Assembly (NCBI GenBank): GCA_002457305.1
Contig: NTKG01000002.1
Coordinates: forward strand, 1-62,882
Direction: 5' to 3'
Length of the DNA stretch: 62,882 nt
DNA from: Bacteroidetes bacterium MED-G21
GTDB lineage: Bacteria > Bacteroidota > Bacteroidia > Flavobacteriales > UBA7430
In this document: positions 1 to 9,798 of the stretch, piece after piece
Layout of the letters: each line of letters opens with the position of its first letter
Position numbering within the stretch: the first letter of the stretch is position 1
Notes under the pieces: generated by a model
The model's database searches: none
The model's input: the letters and a program-made list of their open reading frames with translations, nothing else
Told to the model about the DNA's origin: nothing
Made by a program: the position numbers and the translations under genes

Positions 1-1185
1 CAACTCAGAATAAGAACATGCTAAAGTATCAGTACAACCCAAAACCTCATCATCATCACACACACCATCATCATCCGAATCGTTATCCACAATTGTTCCT
101 GTTCCATCTGTTTCTCCTGAACAGGTTTCACATCCAACAGGCACAAGGCAATAAGCTGAGTCGGTAGCAGCAATATTAAAATTACATGCCAAAGAATCTT
201 GACAACCAATTATCTCATCCTCATTACATATGCCATCATCATCAAGGTCATTATCAATCACAACCCAAGTTCCAAATTCTGTTTCCAAGCAAGAATCGCA
301 ACCAAATGCGAAAATACATAGTGAGTTATCTGAATCAGTGGTAGGATCTTCATCATAATTACACGCTAAAGAATCTGTACATCCAGAAATTTCAAACACA
401 TCACATACCCCATCATTATCTGAATCATCATAATAACAAGCCATTGGATTTACTGTTGTATCTGATCCAGAATTAATGTCAATAGGTGGATTTGTAGCCA
501 ATGGATTAAAATTACAAGCAGACTCATCCATACAACCAGCTATCTCATCAACTTCACATACACCATCATCATCTGTGTCTCCATCAACAATTAATCCATT
601 TAGACAAACATCACATTCGTCTTGAATAAAAACACAAGAACCATCATCTGATGAGGCATCTGGGTTATAATTACAAGCCAAAGAATCAATGCAACCTAAA
701 TTTAAATTATAAGAACAACTAGATACAATATCAAACGAAGATAAATTGAGAATTCCATTTTGTGTAAAAACAAAACCATTGCCAGAAAGGTCTAAAGCAA
801 TAATTGGTGTTAAGTTATAAACATTATAACCATCAACTAATTTCATAATTAAAGTTTCTCCTGCTAAAGCTCCATCAATTTCAGGCGTAAAAGTATCATC
901 TCCCCAAACTGCAACAGATTGTTGTCCATCAACTAGATAATCCGTAGCAACATAAGCTGATCCAAATACAAATCCTGAAGAATTTGTAATTGCGACATAC
1001 ACATCTTCACTTTCATATGAAAGATTTGCAATAAATGTTGGCGAAAGCAAAATAGTCATATTACTTCCTGTATTTTCTTCAAAAAAATTTGGAATATTGC
1101 ACTGAGAGTGCACATTTTTTGAAAAAACAGTAAATACAAATAATAATATTAATAGTGGAAGGTTCAAAGTATTTTTTTGTTTCAT
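1..1185 (-). CDS. Secreted Cys-rich repeat protein, partial (N-terminal 395 codons; 3' end lies beyond the window edge)
   Basis: Not in the ORF track because no stop falls inside the window. My translation from ATG at 1185 gives MKQKNTLNLPLLILLFVFTVFSKNVHSQ (signal peptide), then a ~150-aa domain, then at least 4.5 modules of ~55 aa. Each module has GC-x-D-x-x-AC-N-[YF]-[ND], spaced Cys residues and D-x-D-x-D-D-D-G-[VI]-C-x-x-x-E-[IV]-x-GC. The frame stays open to nt 1. Confidence 0.75.
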   Translation of the reverse strand, partial: MKQKNTLNLPLLILLFVFTVFSKNVHSQCNIPNFFEENTGSNMTILLSPTFIANLSYESEDVYVAITNSSGFVFGSAYVATDYLVDGQQSVAVWGDDTFTPEIDGALAGETLIMKLVDGYNVYNLTPIIALDLSGNGFVFTQNGILNLSSFDIVSSCSYNLNLGCIDSLACNYNPDASSDDGSCVFIQDECDVCLNGLIVDGDTDDDGVCEVDEIAGCMDESACNFNPLATNPPIDINSGSDTTVNPMACYYDDSDNDGVCDVFEISGCTDSLACNYDEDPTTDSDNSLCIFAFGCDSCLETEFGTWVVIDNDLDDDGICNEDEIIGCQDSLACNFNIAATDSAYCLVPVGCETCSGETDGTGTIVDNDSDDDGVCDDDEVLGCTDTLACSYSEL

Positions 1186-1243
1186 AACTATTTAAAATTA
1201 ATGGACATCAAATATATAATATTTACCGAATTAAACACATATT

Positions 1244-3715
1244 TTAATAGGATTCAGAATTAGATAAATAATAAAGAACATCTTCATTATTTGTTCTAAC
1301 CTGGTAAGCTTTTCCAGGAAAAAGATTTCCAATAGCATTAAAATTCCAAGATGGAAGATAAGCAAGTCCTTCATAATCTTTAACAACTTCTAGGTTTCCA
1401 TTGTTGTTTATAGATTCAAATACGGCATCTACTGGAGCATTCTCTATCCTCAAGTAAGCGACTAAATTCCAGCCTTCAGATAAATTTATTGGATTTTCTT
1501 CTGGAAGCATATAATCACCTTCAACTGTTAAAATAGTTGCATCTTGAGTCTTAATTTGGTACCCCTGACCTACTAACATATTACCTATTCCATTAAAATT
1601 CCAATTAGGTAAAAAAGCCATTCCTTCAAAATCTTTAACAAGAATTATTTCAGTATCCAAACTATTTAAAATAGTAGCGATATCCATATCATCTGCTAAC
1701 ATATAAGTAGAAAATAAACTCCATGATGCTGGCAAATTAATTTCTTGCTGTGTAATTAATTCTGGAGAAAAAACCGAAATATAACCAATATGAGGAACAC
1801 AGTTAGAAGATGTAACAGTAACGGTTATCGGATTTAAAGAAGAAATCATATCAAAACTTATACTAGTAAGACCTTGGGAAATAATTTCTGTTGCTAAAAT
1901 TTCCCCGTCTACTGTCAAAGTAACTACAGCTTCTTCTAATGAACAGAAAAGGTCAAAAGAAGAAGATGAAGAAATACTTGAATTATATGAGACTTCAATA
2001 TTCTCAGGCACTTTAGTTCTTACCATTACAGAGGGGTCGCCAAAACAAGTCCAAGTATCTGTCATTTCATCACCACTGCTTCCATAAGTATCGTTCATTT
2101 TCATACAACCATTCATAGAAATACCACCAAAAGAACGAGATTGACTATTTTCACTCATCTCAGTAAGTATTAAATTCATATGATCTTGACCTTCCATTGG
2201 TGGTGACCATGACTGATTAATAGTCGACATTAAAGTAGCAATAGCACCTGTAGGTTTACCCGTTTCATGATGGGAAGCTCTCAACCAAGTTTCAGCAAAA
2301 CAAGTGGCATCCGTAAAATCACCATTTACGCAAGCAACGGACCAAAAGAAAGGGTATACACCAGTATTGGTTAATTGATTAACATCACTAGAACTGTAAC
2401 CTGAACTACTACATGAAAGACTTGATCCATGACCTGTATAATTAATAAGACCCATACCCTCTTGCAATAACACATGTAAATCAGGGGCATTTGGATTACC
2501 ATCTGCATCTTCCCCGCCCTGACTGCCATCATAAAGCTCATAACCATTCGTATAAGTATAATCTAATAAGCCCTGACGAATATTTCTTAAATGTTGATAA
2601 TCGTATTCACCATCATCCCCAGGACCCTCACTAGAACCAACTCCAACAGAATTAGAATAAGCTTGAGATATAACTGGTCTCTGCTCATATTCAATTACAC
2701 GATTAACCTGAATCATTACTTGACTCTCATCTTCGGCAGAAAATCGACCAACCAATACCTCTGGATATGAATCATTACCTTCTATATACCCATAATAATT
2801 ATCTGAATAGCCTGAGAGATTAGAATCTATGTAAGCTGGAATATGTTGATGATCGCCAACAAATAATAAATAAGTTAGGTTATGGCTATGATAATAATTT
2901 TCAATGTATGTTTTTAAAGCTTCTTGATTATTTCCAATACTAGCAATGTCTACAATTTCATTCGGAATTCCTTTTTGAGTTTTCCATGCCATAAAATCAG
3001 CCATCTGATCTACAAACTGATAATCTGCAATAATAAGCATACCTCCATTCTCATATTGCAAATTATTGTATTGAGATGCATCATAATTGATAAATAAATC
3101 TTCGTAAATCATTGCAAACTGAGAATCCATAGAAGATGGATATTCAATCGAAGACTGAAATTGAATTTCAAGTTCAAAAGAATTATATACTCTTAAAACC
3201 TTTGTAACCGGATTGTATTGCATGGGAAAAAACCAAAGAGCCTGACCATTAAAATCTCTAACTATATGAGGTTTTTGAGGATCATAAATTGAAGATGGGA
3301 AAAAAGCATCTTTGGAATAATGTTTTCCATAAGAGTATAAAACTTCAGACGGACTTATATTTCTAGTAAAATTTCCTTTAGATGGGGCAATATCAAGATT
3401 ATAATCGGTGTAAGAAGACTTTATCAACTTAATTGAAGGAGATAATCCATCAGGGATGATATAAGAACATGCATATTTTGGTAAATCAGGTGCACCCTCT
3501 ATTAAAATAGGTGAAGCACCTTTCATAACAGGAATAGCACTTAGACCCTCTGGCGTTTGAACTTCTTTAAATTCAAAACTCGGACTTTCAAACTTAATTG
3601 TTAAGGAATTATTAGAAGCAGAAATCAAAGATATCGGTGATTGACCTTTTGCATTAGTAATGAAGGACACAAAAAACAAAAATAAAACTCCAAAAATCAA
3701 ATTAGATTTTTTCAT
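1244..3715 (-). CDS. Peptidase family C25 (gingipain-like cysteine protease), secreted
   Basis: Catalytic His and Cys context LINYTGHGSS...QLTN...PFFWSVACVNGDF...CFAETWLRA closely resembles the gingipain active site. Signal peptide MKKSNLIFGVLFLFFVSFITNAKGQ begins at ATG 3715. The ORF-track start at 3784 lies upstream of the -7 box at 3760..3767. Confidence 0.85.
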   Translation of the reverse strand: MKKSNLIFGVLFLFFVSFITNAKGQSPISLISASNNSLTIKFESPSFEFKEVQTPEGLSAIPVMKGASPILIEGAPDLPKYACSYIIPDGLSPSIKLIKSSYTDYNLDIAPSKGNFTRNISPSEVLYSYGKHYSKDAFFPSSIYDPQKPHIVRDFNGQALWFFPMQYNPVTKVLRVYNSFELEIQFQSSIEYPSSMDSQFAMIYEDLFINYDASQYNNLQYENGGMLIIADYQFVDQMADFMAWKTQKGIPNEIVDIASIGNNQEALKTYIENYYHSHNLTYLLFVGDHQHIPAYIDSNLSGYSDNYYGYIEGNDSYPEVLVGRFSAEDESQVMIQVNRVIEYEQRPVISQAYSNSVGVGSSEGPGDDGEYDYQHLRNIRQGLLDYTYTNGYELYDGSQGGEDADGNPNAPDLHVLLQEGMGLINYTGHGSSLSCSSSGYSSSDVNQLTNTGVYPFFWSVACVNGDFTDATCFAETWLRASHHETGKPTGAIATLMSTINQSWSPPMEGQDHMNLILTEMSENSQSRSFGGISMNGCMKMNDTYGSSGDEMTDTWTCFGDPSVMVRTKVPENIEVSYNSSISSSSSFDLFCSLEEAVVTLTVDGEILATEIISQGLTSISFDMISSLNPITVTVTSSNCVPHIGYISVFSPELITQQEINLPASWSLFSTYMLADDMDIATILNSLDTEIILVKDFEGMAFLPNWNFNGIGNMLVGQGYQIKTQDATILTVEGDYMLPEENPINLSEGWNLVAYLRIENAPVDAVFESINNNGNLEVVKDYEGLAYLPSWNFNAIGNLFPGKAYQVRTNNEDVLYYLSNSESY
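1247..1741 (-). repeat. Tandem duplication of a ~81-84 aa C-terminal domain inside the C25 peptidase gene
   Basis: INLPASWSLF...VKDFEGMAFLPNWNFNGIGNMLVGQGYQIKT (1490..1741) aligns without gaps over the core to INLSEGWNLV...VKDYEGLAYLPSWNFNAIGNLFPGKAYQVRT (1247..1489). Confidence 0.8.
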
Positions 3716-3759
3716 AAGCACAAAGTTTAACCCAAAAAGTCTATTTAAAGAATTCACTT

Positions 3760-3767
3760 CAAATATA
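3760..3767 (-). promoter_or_regulatory. Bacteroidota-type -7 promoter box (TATATTTG on minus strand) for the C25 peptidase gene
   Basis: Plus-strand caaatata is the reverse complement of TATATTTG and matches TAnnTTTG. It lies 44 nt upstream of ATG 3715. Confidence 0.4.
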
Positions 3768-3847
3768 GTCAAAAACCATTCCACTAGGTAAATAAGCTAA
3801 TTCTACTTTATAATCCTTAATTAATGAAATCAATACACACAAAAATG

Positions 3848-3855
3848 TATATTTG
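3848..3855 (+). promoter_or_regulatory. Bacteroidota-type -7 promoter box (TATATTTG) for thrS
   Basis: Exact TAnnTTTG match 30 nt upstream of ATG 3886. The ORF-track TTG start (3853) lies inside this box. Confidence 0.45.
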
Positions 3856-3885
3856 CAAATCGTGTTAAAATATGATGAAAAACAA

Positions 3886-5832
3886 ATGATTAACATAACA
3901 TTACCAGACGGAACAATAAAGAAATACCCTGAGGGTACTACAGCCATGCAAATTGCTGAAGAAATAAGTAGCGGTTTAGCTCGCAACGTATTAGCAGCGG
4001 AGATAAATGGAGAAGTTTGGGATGCAAATCGGATGATTTATCATGACTCAAACCTTAAACTCCTAACTTGGAAGGACGATAATGGAAAAATGGCCATGTG
4101 GCATTCATCTGCCCACCTAATGGCTGAAGCACTCGAGTCTCTTTACCCGGGAATTAAATTAGCTATTGGTCCACCAATAGAAAATGGGTTCTATTATGAT
4201 ATCGACTTCGGTGATCAGCACTTTTCCTCAGATCATTTTATAAAAGTCGAAAATAAAATGAAAGAATTAGCGCGTCAAAAAAACACTTTTGAACGTATAG
4301 AAATCTCTAAAAATGAAGCTATCTCTTATTTTCAACAAAAAGATGATCAATACAAAATAGAATTACTTGATGGATTAGAGGATGGCGAAATCACATTTTA
4401 CAAACAAGGGGAATTTACCGACCTATGTAGAGGACCACATATTCCTCATACAGGACACATCAAAGCACTAAAATTGCTTAAAACTGCAGGGGCCTATTGG
4501 AGAGGAGATGAAAAAAATAAGCAGCTTACGAGAATTTACGGAATTAGCTTTCCAAAAAACAAAGAACTTACTGCTTATCTTGAAATGCTTGAAGAAGCAA
4601 AAAAAAGAGATCATCGAAGGTTAGGTAAAGAGATGGAGCTTTTCACTTTTTCACAAAAAGTAGGTCAAGGTCTGCCTTTATGGTTACCAAAAGGTGCTGC
4701 TTTAAGAGAGCGTTTGGAAAACTTCCTAAAAAAAGCACAATTCAAAGCTGGTTACGAACAAGTGATTACACCTCATATAGCAAATAAAGACCTATATGTT
4801 TGTTCCGGACACTATGATAAATACGGAGAAGATTCTTTCCAACCAATTAAAACTCCTAACGAAGGTGAAGAGTTTTTCTTAAGACCTATGAACTGCCCAC
4901 ACCACTGTGAAATTTACAAAAGCAAACCACGTTCGTACAAAGATCTTCCAGTTCGCTTTGCAGAATTTGGAACTGTATACCGATATGAACAAAGTGGTGA
5001 ATTACATGGGCTTACGCGTGTCAGAGGTTTTACTCAAGATGATGCTCACCTTTTTGTGAGACCCGATCAGGTTCAAGAAGAATTTGAAAAAGTAATCGAC
5101 TTAGTCCTTTATGTATTTAAGGCTTTAGGATTTGAAGATTTTACGGCTCAGGTTTCTTTGCGTGATAAAGAAAATAGAGAAAAATACATTGGTAGTGATT
5201 CAAATTGGGTACTGGCAGAAAATGCAATTATCGATTCTGCCGATAAAAAAGGCTTAAAAACTATTATAGAATATGGTGAAGCAGCCTTTTATGGTCCTAA
5301 ACTTGACTTCATGGTGAAAGATGCCTTGGGTAGATCATGGCAATTGGGTACCATTCAGGTGGATTACAACTTACCTGAGCGTTTTGAACTCGAATATAAA
5401 GGTTCTGACAATAAAAAACATCGTCCGGTAATGATCCACAGAGCTCCATTTGGTTCTATGGAAAGGTTTGTTGCAGTTCTTCTAGAACACTGTGGAGGAA
5501 ACTTCCCACTATGGTTAACTCCAGATCAAGTTTGCATACTTCCAATCAGCGATAAATACATGGATTATAGCAAAGAAGTTTTTAATTCGCTTAAAATTTC
5601 CGATATTCGCGCGGAGATTGACGACCGCAGTGAAAAAACAGGTAGAAAAATCCGTGATGCTGAAGTTCGTAAAATTCCTTTCATGCTAATCGTTGGAGAA
5701 CGTGAAGAAGCTGAAAGAAAAATTTCTGTAAGAAGACACGGTGGAGAAGACCTTGGAAGTATGAACTTACAGGAATTTAAAAACCTTATAATTAAAGAGA
5801 TTACAGAAAATATTAATGAATTTGTTGTTTAA
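3886..5832 (+). CDS. thrS: Threonine--tRNA ligase
   Basis: [13 protein letters not shown]-domain start, HSSAHLMA editing motif and class II core FRPMNCPHH...[13 protein letters not shown]. Start moved to the ATG at 3886. Confidence 0.95.
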   Translation: MINITLPDGTIKKYPEGTTAMQIAEEISSGLARNVLAAEINGEVWDANRMIYHDSNLKLLTWKDDNGKMAMWHSSAHLMAEALESLYPGIKLAIGPPIENGFYYDIDFGDQHFSSDHFIKVENKMKELARQKNTFERIEISKNEAISYFQQKDDQYKIELLDGLEDGEITFYKQGEFTDLCRGPHIPHTGHIKALKLLKTAGAYWRGDEKNKQLTRIYGISFPKNKELTAYLEMLEEAKKRDHRRLGKEMELFTFSQKVGQGLPLWLPKGAALRERLENFLKKAQFKAGYEQVITPHIANKDLYVCSGHYDKYGEDSFQPIKTPNEGEEFFLRPMNCPHHCEIYKSKPRSYKDLPVRFAEFGTVYRYEQSGELHGLTRVRGFTQDDAHLFVRPDQVQEEFEKVIDLVLYVFKALGFEDFTAQVSLRDKENREKYIGSDSNWVLAENAIIDSADKKGLKTIIEYGEAAFYGPKLDFMVKDALGRSWQLGTIQVDYNLPERFELEYKGSDNKKHRPVMIHRAPFGSMERFVAVLLEHCGGNFPLWLTPDQVCILPISDKYMDYSKEVFNSLKISDIRAEIDDRSEKTGRKIRDAEVRKIPFMLIVGEREEAERKISVRRHGGEDLGSMNLQEFKNLIIKEITENINEFVV

Positions 5833-5855
5833 CTAAATATACAGGAGGAAAAGCC

Positions 5856-6413
5856 ATAGCAATTAGAAGAAGAAGAAGAAGAGGTCCTGGTCGTGTCATT
5901 AGAGAAAATGCACACAACATTAACAGAGATATTAAAGCTCCTGAGGTAAGATTAACGCCAGGAGAAGGAGTTAAAGAAGGCATTTACCCTACGCGTAAAG
6001 CAATAGAATTAGCTGATGAACTAGGACTCGACTTGGTAGAAATTGCTTCTAAAGCAAATCCACCTGTTTGTCGCATTATTAACTACAACAAATTTTTGTA
6101 TGAGCAAAAAATGCGTCAAAAAGAAATGAAATCCAAAGCTGCTAAAGTGGTAATAAAGGAAATTCGTTTTGGACCAAATACAGATGAACACGATTTTGAC
6201 TTTAAACTTAAACATGCCAAGAAATTCTTGTCAGATGGAGCTAAACTTAAAGCATTCGTTTTTTTCAAAGGACGTTCAATCTTATATAAAGACAAGGGAG
6301 AAATATTATTACTTCGCTTTGCACAGGAATTGGAAGACTTCGGTAAAGTTGAACAATTACCTAAACTAGAAGGTAAACGAATGATTATGTTTATCAGCCC
6401 AAAAAAGAAATAA
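5856..6413 (+). CDS. infC: Translation initiation factor IF-3, with non-AUG start (ATA 5856 or ATT 5862)
   Basis: The ORF track only shows 6033..6413, but the frame is open back to 5835. The upstream part reads [62 protein letters not shown], a typical IF-3 N-domain. There is no in-frame ATG. AGGAGG sits at 5843..5848, 7 nt before ATA. Confidence 0.85.
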   Translation: MAIRRRRRRGPGRVIRENAHNINRDIKAPEVRLTPGEGVKEGIYPTRKAIELADELGLDLVEIASKANPPVCRIINYNKFLYEQKMRQKEMKSKAAKVVIKEIRFGPNTDEHDFDFKLKHAKKFLSDGAKLKAFVFFKGRSILYKDKGEILLLRFAQELEDFGKVEQLPKLEGKRMIMFISPKKK

Positions 6414-6446
6414 AAAACTCATATTTAGGAAATAAAGAGGAAAATC

Positions 6447-6641
6447 ATGCCAAAAATGAAAACTAAATCCAGTGCTAAAAAGCGTTTTAAGCTTACAGGA
6501 ACTGGTAAAATCAAGAGAAAACATGCTTTTAAAAGTCACATTCTTACCAAGAAAGGGACAAAACAAAAGCGCAATCTAACAAAAACAGGTTTGGTTCACG
6601 AATCAGACACTCCAAACATCAAACAACAATTGTGTATGTAA
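6447..6641 (+). CDS. rpmI: 50S ribosomal protein L35
   Basis: [36 protein letters not shown]; infC-rpmI-rplT synteny. Confidence 0.95.
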   Translation: MPKMKTKSSAKKRFKLTGTGKIKRKHAFKSHILTKKGTKQKRNLTKTGLVHESDTPNIKQQLCM

Positions 6642-6727
6642 TTCACAATTAGAGTTTATTAATTAACCCTGTACTTAGCCCCAAAGAGTTTGAAAATAAA
6701 CCGCTAAGTATAAAAAAATTAAAAATT

Positions 6728-7075
6728 ATGCCTAGATCAGTAAATCATGTTGCGTCTAAAGCACGCAGAAAAAAAGTAATAAAATTAGCCAAAGGTTATT
6801 TCGGAAGAAGAAAAAACGTTTGGACCGTAGCAAAAAATGCGGTTGAAAAAGGATTAACATACGCCTATAGAGACCGTAAAGTTAAGAAGAGAAACTTTAG
6901 AGCGTTATGGATTCAAAGAATCAATGCAGGCGCTCGTCAATACGGTATGTCATACTCACAATTTATGGGAGCAGTTCACAAAAACAACATCGAACTAAAC
7001 AGAAAAGTTTTAGCTGATTTGGCAATGAACAACCCTGAAGCTTTTAAAGCAGTAGTTGATAAAGTAAAAAAGTAA
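6728..7075 (+). CDS. rplT: 50S ribosomal protein L20
   Basis: [30 protein letters not shown]...[20 protein letters not shown]. Confidence 0.95.
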   Translation: MPRSVNHVASKARRKKVIKLAKGYFGRRKNVWTVAKNAVEKGLTYAYRDRKVKKRNFRALWIQRINAGARQYGMSYSQFMGAVHKNNIELNRKVLADLAMNNPEAFKAVVDKVKK

Positions 7076-7096
7076 ATTTAAACTTTCCTAAATATT

Positions 7097-7125
7097 AAAA
7101 AAGGAGCCTAAAGGCTCCTTTTTTT
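7097..7125. terminator. Bidirectional rho-independent terminator between rplT (+) and the TPR gene (-)
   Basis: Stem AAGGAGCC (7101-7108), loop TAAA, stem GGCTCCTT (7113-7120), flanked by an A-run upstream and a T-run downstream. Confidence 0.6.
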
Positions 7126-7126
7126 A

Positions 7127-8155
7127 TTATTGTAACTTCTTAATACGATCCATGCCTTGCCTTGATGGCATATACTTAACATCAAGCATTAAACTAGTTC
7201 TATAATCCGATTCAGACTTTACTAGATCGCCAACTAATTCATAGCAGTATGCCCTTCCAAAATAAGCCTCAACATAAGAATCATCAGCTACAATAGCCTG
7301 AGTAAAATAATTTATAGCAGTGTTGTAATTTTTTCTAAAAACTTCAATAACGGCTATATTATGCAAAGAGGTTTTATGATCTGATTTTAGGTCTATGGCA
7401 CGTTCATAGGCTTGAACTGCTTCATCAAAAGCCTGAAATGACTGATAAAACATCCCCACCTTATAGTGAATATCATATCGGTAGGGTTGTAATCGAAGGG
7501 CTGCATTAAAATAATCTAAAGCCAATAAATCTCCTTTAGAAGTGTATAAAACACCCATCTGATCATAAGCATTAAATAAAGTTTGATCTTCATTAATTGC
7601 AGCTTGAATATATTTCATTGCTTTAATTGTGTCTTCCTCCATTAAAGCATAATTTCCAGTTAAAAAAAGTGCCATAGAATTTTTAGGGTCAGCAGCTAAT
7701 ATTTCATTTAATCGCTTTTGCCCTTTTTTCAATTCTCCAACTGCCAAATACATCTCTGCTAAATTAATACGGCAATCGAAATTGGCAGCATCTAGATTAG
7801 AACAATATTCCCAACAGTCTTTAGCACTTCTACTCTCTTGCATAGCATAATACAAAACACCCAGTTTTAGCCAATATTTTGCATTTGTAGAATCTAATTG
7901 CACAGCTCTTTTTAAATCAGAAGCCCCCATATCCAAATCTTCACTCTTCATATGCAAGGCAGCCCGATCAAAATACAAAGCAGCATTTAAAGTGTCATAT
8001 GAAATAAGATCTGAGACGGAATCAATTTTATGAATCAAGGTTGAAGAAGCGTCTGATTCTAATGTAATATCTGAACTTAAATGATTAACATTAGAGTTTT
8101 GCTGACAAGATGAAAACAGAATACAAAAAATGAAATATAGATATGTTTTTTTCAT
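7127..8155 (-). CDS. Tetratricopeptide (TPR) repeat lipoprotein
   Basis: Lipoprotein signal MKKTYLYFIFCILFSSC followed by repeated A/Y/L TPR-like 34-aa periodicity, for example AKYWLKLGVLYYAMQE and YHKVGMFYQSFQAFDEAVQAYERAIDL. Confidence 0.7.
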   Translation of the reverse strand: MKKTYLYFIFCILFSSCQQNSNVNHLSSDITLESDASSTLIHKIDSVSDLISYDTLNAALYFDRAALHMKSEDLDMGASDLKRAVQLDSTNAKYWLKLGVLYYAMQESRSAKDCWEYCSNLDAANFDCRINLAEMYLAVGELKKGQKRLNEILAADPKNSMALFLTGNYALMEEDTIKAMKYIQAAINEDQTLFNAYDQMGVLYTSKGDLLALDYFNAALRLQPYRYDIHYKVGMFYQSFQAFDEAVQAYERAIDLKSDHKTSLHNIAVIEVFRKNYNTAINYFTQAIVADDSYVEAYFGRAYCYELVGDLVKSESDYRTSLMLDVKYMPSRQGMDRIKKLQ

Positions 8156-8185
8156 TTGAAGATTTAAAAAACTTTATAATGTATA

Positions 8186-9184
8186 TCAAGCTGTTTGAAT
8201 TTGTTCTACAATTTTAGATTCAATCTCTTCAGCCAATTCTAAATTATCAAGTAACAAGCGTTTAACTGCATCACGCCCCTGACCTAATTTGGTATCACCA
8301 TAACTAAACCATGAGCCACTCTTATTTACAACACCATATTCTACACCTAAATCAATCACCTCTCCTGATTTAGAAACACCTTCTCCATACATAATATCAA
8401 ACTCGGCTTTACGGAACGGTGGTGCAACTTTATTTTTAACAACTTTAACACGGGTACGGTTACCTATGACTTGATCTCCATCTTTAAGTTGGGTACTTCT
8501 ACGTATATCTAATCGAACAGATGCATAAAACTTAAGTGCATTTCCTCCAGTAGTCGTTTCAGGATTTCCAAACATTACACCAATTTTTTCACGCAATTGA
8601 TTAATAAACATACATGTACAACCAGTTTTGGAAATGGAAGCAGTTAGTTTCCTAAGTGCTTGAGACATTAAACGAGCGTGTAATCCCATTTTAGAATCTC
8701 CCATCTCTCCCTCTATTTCACTTTTAGGCGTAAGAGCTGCTACAGAATCAATAACAATAATATCAACTGCTCCAGATCGAATTAAATTATCCGCAATTTC
8801 TAAAGCTTGCTCTCCAGAATCAGGTTGTGCTATAATTAGTTCATCGATATTTACACCTAAATTCTCTGCATAAAATCGATCAAATGCATGCTCGGCATCA
8901 ATAAAAGCTGCAATTCCACCCGCTTTCTGAGCCTGAGCCATAGCGTGAATGGCTAAAGTTGTTTTACCAGAAGATTCAGGACCATAAATCTCAACAACTC
9001 TGCCTTTGGGGTAACCACCAATACCAAGAGCTAAGTCTAAACCTAACGAACCTGTGGGTATACAAGCAATATCTTCAGCTACTACATCACCCATTTTCAT
9101 TACAGAACCTTTACCATATGTTTTTTCCAACTTGTCCATTGTAAGTTGAAGAGCCTTTAGCTTTGCTTCTCTTTCTTTTTCCAT
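8186..9184 (-). CDS. recA: Recombinase RecA
   Basis: [18 protein letters not shown] Walker [19 protein letters not shown] and [37 protein letters not shown]. Confidence 0.97.
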   Translation of the reverse strand: MEKEREAKLKALQLTMDKLEKTYGKGSVMKMGDVVAEDIACIPTGSLGLDLALGIGGYPKGRVVEIYGPESSGKTTLAIHAMAQAQKAGGIAAFIDAEHAFDRFYAENLGVNIDELIIAQPDSGEQALEIADNLIRSGAVDIIVIDSVAALTPKSEIEGEMGDSKMGLHARLMSQALRKLTASISKTGCTCMFINQLREKIGVMFGNPETTTGGNALKFYASVRLDIRRSTQLKDGDQVIGNRTRVKVVKNKVAPPFRKAEFDIMYGEGVSKSGEVIDLGVEYGVVNKSGSWFSYGDTKLGQGRDAVKRLLLDNLELAEEIESKIVEQIQTA

Positions 9185-9241
9185 AATTTATATATTTATT
9201 TCTGTAACAAACCAACAAGTAATTTGAGACAACTTGTGTCA

Positions 9242-9703
9242 CTAATTGTAAGATTCTAATATTTGATTGGTATGATCCTTAGTTTTTACTTTCGAAAAAA
9301 CTTTTTCAATCACTCCATCTTCATCAATTACAAAAGTTGTCCTATGAACCCCGTCGTATTCTCTACCCATAAATTTTTTAGGACCCCAAACACCAAATGC
9401 TTTAATTACAGCTTTATCTTCATCAGCAATTAAGCTAAAAGGAAGATTATACTTATCAATAAACTTTTGATGACTCTTTGATGAATCAGGACTAACACCT
9501 AGTACAACAAAGCCTTTTTCTTGAAGTAAAGAATAATTCTCACCTAAATTACATGACTCAGCAGTACAACCAGGTGTCATATCCTTAGGATAGAAATAAA
9601 GAATAACTTTTTTACCTAAGAAATTAGATAAAGAAATTGATTGATCAAATTCATTTAAAGCAACAAAATCAGGAGCTTTATCTCCAACATTTAAACTTAT
9701 CAT
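9242..9703 (-). CDS. bcp: Thioredoxin-dependent peroxiredoxin (Bcp type)
   Basis: YFYPKDMTPGCTAESC peroxidatic Cys motif; 153 aa. Confidence 0.9.
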   Translation of the reverse strand: MISLNVGDKAPDFVALNEFDQSISLSNFLGKKVILYFYPKDMTPGCTAESCNLGENYSLLQEKGFVVLGVSPDSSKSHQKFIDKYNLPFSLIADEDKAVIKAFGVWGPKKFMGREYDGVHRTTFVIDEDGVIEKVFSKVKTKDHTNQILESYN

Positions 9704-9730
9704 AACAGTATATTTAGTTGTATAAAATTA

Positions 9731-9765
9731 AAAAAATGCCTCATTTGATATAATCAAATGAGGCA
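9731..9765 (-). terminator. Rho-independent terminator after the sigma factor and small-ORF unit
   Basis: 12-bp perfect stem TGCCTCATTTGA (9737-9748) / TCAAATGAGGCA (9754-9765) with a 5-nt loop. On the minus strand the hairpin is followed by TTTTTT (plus A-run 9731-9736). Confidence 0.6.
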
Positions 9766-9798
9766 GTATTTATCAACAAAATAAAGCACTTAAACTTG

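Noticed and set aside
3716-3784. Longer N-terminus (MEWFLTIFEVNSLNRL...) for the C25 peptidase
   Set aside because: The extension precedes a textbook signal peptide that starts at ATG 3715, and it would begin upstream of the -7 box at 3760..3767.
3759-3986. 75-aa minus-strand ORF spanning the thrS promoter and start
   Set aside because: It overlaps the thrS coding start and two promoter boxes, and it is hydrophobic low-complexity sequence typical of AT-rich antisense frames.
5868-5882. AGA microsatellite-like run (AGA x6)
   Set aside because: It is in frame within the IF-3 N-terminus and encodes a basic RRRRRR stretch. It is not an intergenic simple repeat.
6021-6566. Short ORFs 6021..6215 (-), 6169..6369 (+) and 6366..6566 (-) within infC/rpmI
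   Set aside because: All are nested in or antisense to strongly supported infC and rpmI frames.
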